DNA from: Blastocystis sp. Blastoise
Taxonomy: Eukaryota; Protista; Bigyra: Opalinata
Assembly: GCA_039096225.1 (NCBI GenBank)
Contig: JBBPEB010000014.1
Coordinates: 2,232,001-2,296,000 of the forward strand
Direction of reading: 5' to 3'
Length of the DNA: 64,000 nucleotides
Shown here: piece after piece, positions 53,888-64,000 of the stretch
Position numbering within the stretch: position 1 is the stretch's first letter
Layout: every line of letters starts with the position of its first letter
Made by a program: the position numbers and the translations under genes
The notes under the pieces: model-generated
The model's input: the letters and a program-made list of their open reading frames with translations, nothing else
Database searches by the model: none
What the model was told of the DNA's origin: nothing

Positions 53888-55138
53888 ATGGTTGAAGTAT
53901 TATCTAAAAAGAACTTCTGGCTATTAGCTGTAGCTATGTACTGTGGTATGCTCTGTCAAGGTTTAATAGCTAATGTTGGTAGTATTACGAGCCCATTGAT
54001 TCGTGATGAATTTGAGGTTACTTATAGTGAGTATGCTGTATTTACTGCAACTGGTACTTTGGCTTATCTTGTTTTTGCTTTTCTTGGAGCTGTATTACAA
54101 GAGAAATGGGGTTTTAAGTTAGTTTTTATTCTTGGATTCGCTGGTGGTCTTGTTGGTTGCTTGTCTATTTCCTTCTCAAATACATTTTGGCTTGTTATAT
54201 TGACTCATGTCATAGCTGCTATATTTGGTGGATTTATTGATGTTGCATGTACTACTTTTGGATCTACTATATTTACAGAACATACAAATGCTCATATGTC
54301 TATTATAAATTTCTTTTATGGTGTTGGTGCTAGTATTGCTCCATTATTTGCTACTTGGATTTATAATATGTTCCGTGATGCTTCTTTCCGTGGTATTTAT
54401 ATAGCTATTTGTATTCCAGTTGCTATTCCCTTTATCTATATTATATTTTGCCCCTTTACTGTGAATTATCCTACTAAAGAAGATAAATCAGAGAATAAAG
54501 GTGAAAAGATGACTACAGGTAAATGTTTACGTTCTCCTATGACATGGTATTGTTCTCTTGTTTTGATGATGATTGCTATGGTTGAAGGTGCTTCTAGTAC
54601 ATGGTTTGGATTATATATAGAGGATATATATGGTATAGATCCTGCTTTAGAAGGTTCTAAATATATTACTGTTATGTTTGTACTATTCACATTAGCTCGT
54701 TTATTTGGTGGATTTATTACTGATAAAATTGGTAATTATACTATGATCTATATTGATTTAATAGGAACTATTATATTATTCATTATTGGTTTCTTATTAA
54801 AAGAAAATGGCTTTTGGGTTTTTGCTAGTACTGGTATTTTTACTGGTCTTTTCTGGCCTACTACTTTATGTATTTTTATTCATTACTTTGGTGATTTAGC
54901 TCCAGTACATATTAGTATTATATGCCCTCTTCAATCTTTATTAGTATCTATTGCTCAATTACCTCTTGGTTATATGAATGATAAATTAGGTGCTGAATGG
55001 GCTTATATGGCTACTCCTGTATTTGCTGTTCTTTGTGTGATTCTTATTATTATATTACAATTCATGGATATTAAGAAACATAAGAAATTAGAAGATTCTA
55101 CTAAGAGTTCTTTACTTGAAAAACAATCTAAAGTTTAA
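53888..55138 (+). CDS. MFS transporter (about 12 TM), intronless
   Basis: 416 aa from ATG 53888 (the upstream ORF extension runs through the MITE); GAVLQEKWG, NFFYGVGASIAP, ARLFGGFITDKIG motifs. Confidence 0.92.
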   Translation: MVEVLSKKNFWLLAVAMYCGMLCQGLIANVGSITSPLIRDEFEVTYSEYAVFTATGTLAYLVFAFLGAVLQEKWGFKLVFILGFAGGLVGCLSISFSNTFWLVILTHVIAAIFGGFIDVACTTFGSTIFTEHTNAHMSIINFFYGVGASIAPLFATWIYNMFRDASFRGIYIAICIPVAIPFIYIIFCPFTVNYPTKEDKSENKGEKMTTGKCLRSPMTWYCSLVLMMIAMVEGASSTWFGLYIEDIYGIDPALEGSKYITVMFVLFTLARLFGGFITDKIGNYTMIYIDLIGTIILFIIGFLLKENGFWVFASTGIFTGLFWPTTLCIFIHYFGDLAPVHISIICPLQSLLVSIAQLPLGYMNDKLGAEWAYMATPVFAVLCVILIIILQFMDIKKHKKLEDSTKSSLLEKQSKV

Positions 55139-55624
55139 TTTGTTTCTTGAACTATTTTCCTAATCATAATTCAGTTAAATAAAACTCTAATAATTATATG
55201 ATTGATATATATATAAGTTTTCATTATTGTATAATTATAGAATGCTTGTTTTTTTGTTATTTCTATGTATTTGGTTTGTATATATTTGATTTTCTTTTGA
55301 TTTCTTTTGATATGTTTTTTTTTAAGTTTTGTTTTGTTTTATCAGTGTATTTTATTGTATGTATAAACTATTTTAAAAATTTTACTTTTTGAAAATATGT
55401 ATAAAGAATTTGAAATGAATATTGATGATTATATGCATTTTATGAGAATCCTTAGAGTTTTTTAACATTTTTGATTAATTATTGTTTTCTTTTTTCTAAT
55501 TATTGGATCCAAAATATAAGAAATAAACTGGGGATATTTAACTAATACTTCCTAACTTTAAATAAATTGCATACATGGAAATAAATAGCTTTTAAAATTA
55601 AAAAATAAGAATAATTTGTCGGTT

Positions 55625-55765
55625 CTGAGCCTATTAAACAATACTTTGCCCAGAATCTGTATTCCAAGAAAGTATTTCTATATTTTTTGAGAACCAAAAG
55701 AACACCGATGAAACTGGCTCTTTTAGGTAATTGGTACTCCAAAAAAGTCTTTTTGCCGTACCTAA
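55625..55765 (-). mobile_element. Diverged inverted copy of the 140-bp element
   Basis: Reverse complement aligns almost gap-free with 53697-53836, including identical CCTAAAAGAGCCAGTTTCAT; termini decayed. Confidence 0.75.
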
Positions 55766-55886
55766 ACAAATATTATTGGTCGAAACTGACTTTATTTACA
55801 TTCTTAAAACAAATATATTTTTTTATTTTCTTTTTCTGCATAAATATTTATGTATTTGGATTACAAAAAATAATTCTGAAGACAAA

Positions 55887-58800
55887 ATGAAAGTGAGTAT
55901 TAAAGTATTTGAAATAAAAATAAAACAACAACAGTTTTGTGTCTAATTTAAATATTTAAATAATATATATCAAATATAGGATACAAATCAGAATACTCCA
56001 CCTCCTGATTTGAAAAATTTAAAATGCTTTGAATCTAGATCAAACTGTTTTACGAAACCAATGTACATTTTTTCCTTATAAACTGCTATAATTGTTTTTA
56101 TTTATGTATTTTATTATTTCTAAATTATATAGGTTTGGCTTTCTATCAAGATTAGTTTATAGAAATAAAAATTTATCTTTGACTGCTGAAGATCTTGGTG
56201 GTTATTATCCTGCTGATGAGCCTAAACATCTTTATGACAAGTTTATGTTCTATTACGAAAAGGAAATGAAGAAATCAAAAGAGAAAAGAAGTTTGTTTGT
56301 TGCTGTTACAAAAGCTACAAACCTTTGGAAGTGGTATATTTTAATATTAGCTTTTTATTGCATGCTATTTTTATTATAATTATTACATAGGTTTGTTGTA
56401 ATGATTTCATCTATTATTAATATTCTTCTTGGATTTGTTCCCACAATGATATTACAACAATTAGTAAGAGATTTAGAATATACAGGTGAAGAAGTATATA
56501 TGACTGAAACTACACGTTGGATATATGCTGTTCTTCTTCTAATTGTTCCAGTTATATCTGTATATTTCAATTTAGTTGCTCAAGTACTAATGACTCGAAT
56601 TGGTGTTCAAATGAAATCTATGGCTTCTGAAGCTATTTATCGTAAAGCTTTTTGTTTAACATCTACTGCTAAAGGTTCCACTTCTACTGGTCAACTTGTT
56701 AATATTATGAGTACCGATACAAATGTACTTCAACAATTCTCTTTATATTTTCTTGTTACAATAAGTGCACCTATATTAATGATTGTTGCTATTGTCATGA
56801 TATATCAAATTATTGGTTGGATGACGTGGATTGCTGTTGCTTTACTTGTAGTTATGTTAATTATTCAAGTAGTTTCTGGAATGTTTGCTAGAAATTTTAA
56901 AGTCAAAGGATTATTATTAACTGATAATCGTATTAAATTATTAAATGAAGTGTTAATAGGTATTCGTGTAATTAAATATTATTGTTGGGAAAAACCTTTC
57001 TTATGTAAGATAGATGAAATACGTGAAAAAGAATTAAAACAATTAGCTAATATGAGTTGGTTGATGACTATTACTACAGATATTCTTTTACAAATTATTC
57101 CTTATCTTATTCCTTTTGTTATTTTTACTATTTATCCTTCAGTTACAGGTGAATCTCTTCGTCCTTCTGTTATTTATACACTTTTATCTTATTTTGATAT
57201 GTTAAGAGTACCTTTTATGATATTACCTATTTGTATTATGATGCTAGTTCAATTTAATGTTTCTTTAAAACGTATTAATAATTTTTTATCTTTAGATGAA
57301 GTTGATGATTCCTTAGTGTATCGTAATTTAACAAAATCTGATTCTATTGAATTTGAAGATGAAGATGGTCAAAAGAAGAAAATTTATAATTATAATTCAA
57401 ATGATGATGCTATATATATTGAAGATGGTTCCTTTGCTTGGGGTAATGGAGATAATATTCTTAGAAATATTAATATAAAGGTAATTATTATATTTATTAT
57501 TATATATGATATTTTTTTTATTATATAAAAAATTGTTTTTATTATTATATCTAATATTATATTATAATCCATATAATAATAATAATAATATAATATATAA
57601 AGGTTAAGAAAGGATCATTAGTAGCTGTAGTAGGTAGAGTGGGAAGTGGTAAGACTTCTTTTGTTTCTGCTCTTATTGGTGAAATGACAAAGAATAGTGG
57701 TTGTTGTATATTAAATGGTTCTGTTTCATTTGCTTCTCAACAATCATGGATGGTCAATGATACTGTTCGAGGTAATGTATTATTTGGTAAAGAATTCGAA
57801 GAAGAAAGATATAAACGTGCTTTACATGTATGTTGTATGGAAGATGATTTAAAGGTATTAAAAGGTGGTGAAATGTGTGAAATTGGAGATCGTGGTATTA
57901 ATCTTTCTGGTGGTCAAAAAGCTAGAATTGGTTTAGCTCGTTGTGTATATAGTGATACAGATATAGTTATTATGGATGATCCTATTGCTGCTGTTGATGC
58001 TCATGTTGGTAAATATTTATTTAATCAATGTATTAAGACTGAATTAACTGGAAAGACTCGTATACTTGTTACCAATGCTCTTCAATATTTACCTAAATGT
58101 GATTATATTGTATTATTAGGAGATAATTGTATAGAAGCCCAAGGTACTTGGGAAGAATTGAAATCTATGAATATTAATATATTAGAAGAAATAGAAAGAG
58201 ATGAAAATCGTAGTTCTGATAAAACTTCTAAAAGAACAAGTACACAGACTAATGAAACTAAAGGTAAAGAAGATACTAAAGAGAATGAAAAGAAGAAAGA
58301 TAATAATAAAAATAATAATGGTGGTTTAGTTGAACAAGAAGAACAAGAAAAAGGATCCATACCTATATCAGTTTATACTTATTATATCAAGAAATATGGA
58401 TGGTTCTTAATGATATTATTAGTTTTATTCTTTGCTATTAGTCAAGTAGGTACTGTTTATAATCAATTTTGGCTTTCTAATTGGTCTGAAGATCAAACTT
58501 GTGCTACTTATAATACAACTTCTATTGAATGTTCTGATTCGAATAACTATTATATCTCTATTTATGGTTATATTATTATTGGTATTTGTTTATGTTATAT
58601 TCTAAAAGGTATAACACTTGTTCCTGGAAAAATTAATGCTTCTAAAAATACTCATAAAGATTTAAGTGAAGTTATTATGTCTGCACCTGTTGCTTTCCAT
58701 GATATTACTCCTGTAGGTAGAATTTTAAATAGATTTAATAAAGATATGGATATGATAGATAATCAATTACCACAAACAATCAATCAATTTGTATCTTTCT

Positions 58801-60275
58801 TGTTTGCTCTTCTTGGATATATTGTACAAATATGTATTACTACAAATGGTATTATGATTCCAGTATTAATTGTTATTCTTGTTATTTTCTTTGTTTTACA
58901 ATCCTATTTTATGAGAGCTAATACGGATGTTCAAAGACTCGAATCTGTTTCTCGTTCTCCTATCTTCGAAGATTTCCAAGCTGTTCTTTCTGGTGCTCCT
59001 ACTATTCGTGCTTATGGTCATCAAAAACGTTTTATTGATAAGATGGAAGGAAGAATTTATACTAATAATCATAGACAAGTTATATTCCAAATGTTATCTT
59101 GTTGGTTAACTTTTAGAAGTGAAACTCTTTTAGCTTTTGTCTCATTTATTATTGCTATTTTATCGAATAGCTTGAAAGGTGTTTTATCTGCTAGTCTTTT
59201 AGGTATTGCTTTAAATGCTTCTTCTTCTCTTGGTAATACTCTTAAACAATGGACTAGAATCACAGCACAATTAGAAGCTCAAATGAATAGTGTTGAAAGA
59301 GTTAAATATTATATAGATACTGTTGAACCTGAACCTCCTATGATACTAGAGGATCATAGACCTCCTGAGAATTGGCCTACTGAAGGTGCTATTAAATTTG
59401 ATAACTTTGAAATGAGATATAGAAATGGTCCTAAAGTATTAAAAGGTGTGAATATGGATATTCATCCTATGGAGAAAGTAGGTGTTGTAGGTAGAACAGG
59501 TGCAGGTAAAAGTAGTCTTATGGTAGGTTTATTTAGAATAAGTGAATGTTGTGGAGGTGCTATATATATGGATAATATTAAATTAGAAGATATAGGTTTA
59601 GAAGATGTTCGTCGTCATTTATGTATTATTCCTCAAGATCCTGTTTTATTTAGTGCTTCTGTTCGTTTTAACTTAGATCCTTTTAATGAATCAAGTGATG
59701 AAGAGATTTGGAGAGTATTAGAAGAAGTAGAATTAAAAGAAGCTATTGATGCTTTACCTGGTAAATTAGATGGTGATGTTCATGAAGGAGGCAGTAATTT
59801 CTCTGTTGGTCAACGTCAACTTATATGTATGGCTAGAGCTTTATTAAAGAGACCTAAAGTATTAATTATGGATGAAGCTACTGCTTCTTTAGATAATGAA
59901 ACTGATGGATTCTTACAAACTATGATTCGTAAACAATTTATTAATTGTACTGTATTAACTATTGCTCATCGTTTGAATACTATTATGGATAGTGACAGAG
60001 TATGTGTCATGGATCAAGGTATTGTCGCTGAATTTGATACTCCTCTTAATCTATTAAATAATTCTAATAGTATATTCAGTGGTATGGTCGTAGCTGCTAA
60101 TGATCCTAATCTTTATACTATGGTTAAAGGATATACTGGAGAAATACGTTATAAACAACCCAAAGTCATTCCTGAAGAAATTCTATCTCCTATTGCTTCT
60201 CCTATTATTTCTCCTATTATTTCACCTATAGAATCTACTGAAGGTGTTCCTACTATTCCTCAGGAAAAGAAGTAA
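55887..60275 (+). CDS. ABCC/MRP-type full ABC transporter (TMD-NBD-TMD-NBD), 5 exons
   Basis: GRVGSGKT, GINLSGGQKAR, MDDP, GRILNRF, GRTGAGKSS, NFSVGQRQL, DEATA, TIAHRL. Confidence 0.95.
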
Positions 60276-61328
60276 AAAGATAAATAAAATTATCCTGAAA
60301 TTTTTTTTCATTTCTTGTTTTTTCTATAATATATATATATATATTAGTTGTAAATATTTTGATAATTTTTAAATTATTCATTATTACATATTTTGATATG
60401 TTTAACATATTGATTTTTTTTATGTTCTCCATTCTATCCAATAAACTTTCATTAAACATCAAAATACATATCAATGATATACATTTATATATATTAGCAA
60501 CCGATATTATTTGGTATATGATGAAAACACCTTGTAACTCTTTAAAGTTTCCTTTATTATTATTTTTTAATCATTTATAAGTCTTATCAGTAAAATAAGA
60601 TTTATAAAATACTCTTATATTCTAGACTTCATATATATTATCTTCCTTTTAAAGAATTCTTGTTTTAAAGAGTTATTTAAAGAATATTGTTTATTGCATG
60701 AAGTTTTATTATGAATATATTTGCTTTTAAGTATTTTATATATATTCTTACAACCAGAGAAGATTGAGTGAAATTTATATAATAGTTAAAGGCTCATCTA
60801 ATGTAAGTATTATTCCATCGGCTCTTTTTAATCAATTCTTCCCTTTCAACAATCTACATATATGGAACATAAAATATTTTAGCTTTATTTTTTTTTCCAC
60901 GAAATATTTTATTGTTTATAATTATTTAATGTGAATCTACGAATAGAAAAGCTAATGTTCTTGTGCATAACATATATATTTTTTAATATTTTCGTTAACA
61001 AATTTTCGTCAATTCAATTCTTACAAAAATATAAATTGAATTTTATCACCTAATCGATGGTTAGCATTACGTATACACCGTTCCTGAAAAGTATAAATAC
61101 GTAATAGCTACTCAATTAGAGAAAAACGAAATCAAATTTAAGAACAGCGACTTCCATTTTTTTATTACATTCTACACATAAACTTCTATATTTTCGTTGA
61201 TAAGATTACAATTGTAGAGATAGTTCAAATTTACTTTCCTAATGTCGATAATACGAAAATATGCTAATTAATGATTCGTTTTAGAATATAATTAGGAAAG
61301 TTAAAAAGATTTTCTCAAATTTTACTTT

Positions 61329-61425
61329 CAAAAGTAGACTCTTTTGGCTTTTTCATAAATATGATTTGCTATTTTCTCTATTTTATCCAATCCATTATTG
61401 TTAAAAGCCAAAATGTCTATCAATT
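61329..61425. mobile_element. Decayed copy of the 97-bp CACTA-type MITE
   Basis: Same length as and collinear with 61714-61810 (shared AAATATGATT, TTTTATCCAATC, GTTAAAAGC.AAAATG.CTATCA); flanked by TTT/TTT. Confidence 0.7.
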
Positions 61426-61612
61426 TTTCTTTATTGTAGAATTGATTAAAAAGGATGCGTCATCAATAGGGAATTTCACTTAACTTGATAATCAAGATTC
61501 AACCAATTATAATTGTTTCTTTTCTGTAGTAATCAGAATAGAAAAAAAGAATAGAAAATATTGAAGAACACAGGTATATAAATATTTATTTTCAAGTATT
61601 TAATAATTTAAT

Positions 61613-63055
61613 ATGAGAGCTATAGGACTTTTATTTCTGTTTCTTCTTGTTCCTTGTAAATAGTTATTTTATTGGACTCTTAATTTTTTTTAGGTTTAAG
61701 TCAAAATGCTGTTCACTAATAGGCACTTTTGACCTTTTAACAAATATGATTGGGTATTCTTTCCGTTTTATCCAATCAATTATAGTTAAAAGCTAAAATG
61801 CCTATCAGTGGTTGAAAATGACTGCTTAACTCCGAATTATTACGTTCGTATAGAACGTCAATACTCATCTAGCGCTGAAAATGAGAAAGTTTATATATAT
61901 AAGGGTGACTATGTCAGTCAAAATGATTTGGTTTATACAATTAATGGAAGTGGTCGAGATTATCAAACTGATAATTCCTTTTATTGCTTTGCTCCTGCTG
62001 TCTATAATATTCAAGCTTATAGTGGGTATACTTTATAATTATAGTTTAATTGTCATCATATAATTTATTATAAATTGTTATTTTATAGTGATAAATTAGC
62101 TTGGTCTACATTGAATCAAGATTCTTGGTTTAAAGTATATGTTAATAATGAACAAAAAATTTATGGACGTAATGAAAGTGGTTTTTCAACTGATTTTATT
62201 TTAAATTGTATATATATATATATATTTTTTTTAAATATAAAAAGTCTCTTGTAACCAAATTTTATGTTTTATCATTTATAATAATTTATATATATATATA
62301 TAGTGGATTCTTTCGTAAAAGAAACTACTTCTTGGAAATATTCTGATACTCCACAGGCAACTACAGGTTGGACAACTACTGCTGTTACTGATAGTACATG
62401 GATCAGCAGTACTTCTGGAAATTTCCCTGAAATTCCTTCTGGAACAACTAGATATTATGTAACATCTATTAATAATCCTGAAATCATAGATTATTATCCT
62501 ACATATGAATTTGGAGTATATACTAAAAATGGTATAATTCTTTATATTAATGGCATTGAAATTTATAGATTTAATATAAAAAGGTAAAAATTATTATTAT
62601 TTATTTAATATTATTTATTATTATTATTATTTATTATTATTATTATTTATTATTATATATTTATTATTATATATTTATTATTATATATGTATTATTATAT
62701 ATGTATTATTATATATGTATTATTATATATTTATTATTATATATTTATAATTATATATTTATAATTATATATTTATAATTATATATTCATTATTATTATT
62801 GTTATTCTATATATATAGTTCAGGAATAGTTAGTGCTACTGATTTCGCTTTAAGTGATAGTTACGAAGAACAATATAGAATGTATGTATAAAAAATGATA
62901 TATTATATAAAAATGTATATATAGTGTAAAACAGTCGTTTCTGAAGTATCATAATAATGGTCAACAACTGGTTTTAGCTGTTGAGATACATCCTATTATA
63001 AACAGTTCTTCACAAATAGACTCATTCTCTTCTTATCTCAAATTAAATTATGGAA

Positions 63056-63103
<48 letters not shown>

Positions 63104-63678
63104 TTTTTTTTACATTTATTTCATTTTTTTAAAATTTATATATATATATATAAGAATGTATACTATATATTATATTATATATAGAGAAATATATTACTTG
63201 TGCTCAAGATGGTACTATTTCAAGTAATCCTGATATTTCTGGTATTAATGGTAAAGAAAATGTATTTGATGATAATATATCTACATCATGGAGATCAACA
63301 TTTGATAATACTAATTTTATTACATATTCATTTAACAATGGAAGGTATATATATATATATACATATTATTATTATTAATTATTATTATTAATTATTATAT
63401 ATTATTATTAACATAATTTAGTATTTTATTAAAATCACATAAATATAGATCTGAATGGATTAATAGGTATTCTATTACATCTGGTAATACTATTTCTGGA
63501 AATGATCCTAAAGATTTTTCATTATTAGCTTCAAATGATGGTATTAATTGGACTATATTAGATATTGAAACAGATATTTCTTTTAGTTCAAGAAAAGAAA
63601 CAAAATATTTCGATTTATTATCAAATAACAATTCATATAATCAATTTAAATTATTAATTCGTATTTCTATAATATTAA

Positions 63679-63714
<36 letters not shown>

Positions 63715-64000
63715 AATATATATACCTTATAGAAAATATTCAGGATTCAGAAACTAATATATTAGAAATATCAGAAATCAATTTTTATGCTGTTTCAGTA
63801 GATATTTTAACTACATTTAATTATGAGAGAATAAATTATGTTTTCTTATATAATACTGATACTATTTGGATACATCCTAGTTCTTCTGGATATACTACTT
63901 ATACTTCTAATCCTGTTCTTCCTGAAGGTCTTTCTTTAAATGCTGATAGTGGTATTATAACAGGTAATAATCAAGTAATTATTCCTCTAACAACTTTTGA
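61613..64000 (+). CDS. Secreted protein with galactose-binding-like/discoidin-like and He_PIG Ig domains (truncated by window end; exon 2 interrupted by MITE)
   Basis: Signal peptide MRAIGLLFLFLLVP; WKYSDTPQ..W..TTRYY..GIILYING..LAVEIH; VFDDNISTSW, DPKDFSLLASNDGINW; LPEGLSLNADSGIITG. Confidence 0.8.
61714..61810. mobile_element. 97-bp CACTA/EnSpm-type MITE with 3-bp TSD (GTT), inserted in a coding exon
   Basis: GTT-CACTAATAGGCACTTTTGACCTTTTAAC...GTTAAAAGCTAAAATGCCTATCAGTG-GTT; imperfect TIR of about 27 bp. Confidence 0.85.

Overview
Very AT-rich (about 20% GC by eye), gene-dense eukaryotic DNA with spliceosomal introns. Gene content (He_PIG/Ig-repeat secreted proteins, a TLDc-type family, minor introns) suggests a Blastocystis-like stramenopile; this is an inference. 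About 16 protein genes can be reconstructed by manual splicing: a CAMK-type kinase, DPH6, a ZZ/SANT protein, VPS37, a 33-aa Lys-rich microprotein, an F-box/coiled-coil protein, a NOL7/Utp16-like protein, an alpha/beta hydrolase, a rifamycin-phosphotransferase-like gene, a TM-RING ligase, three secreted Ig/Cys-rich proteins, a glycosyltransferase-like protein, an MFS and an ABCC transporter. There is also a TLDc-family pseudogene. The most unusual observations are: (1) a GC-rich palindrome ATTCCC-NN-GGGAAT iterated through exons in different reading frames and in promoters; (2) a 97-bp CACTA-type MITE with a 3-bp TSD inside a coding exon, whose own terminal CAG could restore the frame by splicing; (3) an intron-containing RPH-like gene of probable bacterial origin; (4) two inverted 140-bp TIR elements bracketing the MFS gene; (5) introns whose splice sites sit in (TA)n runs at both ends; (6) two AT-AC U12 introns. 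Exon boundaries were read by eye, and several gene ends are approximate.
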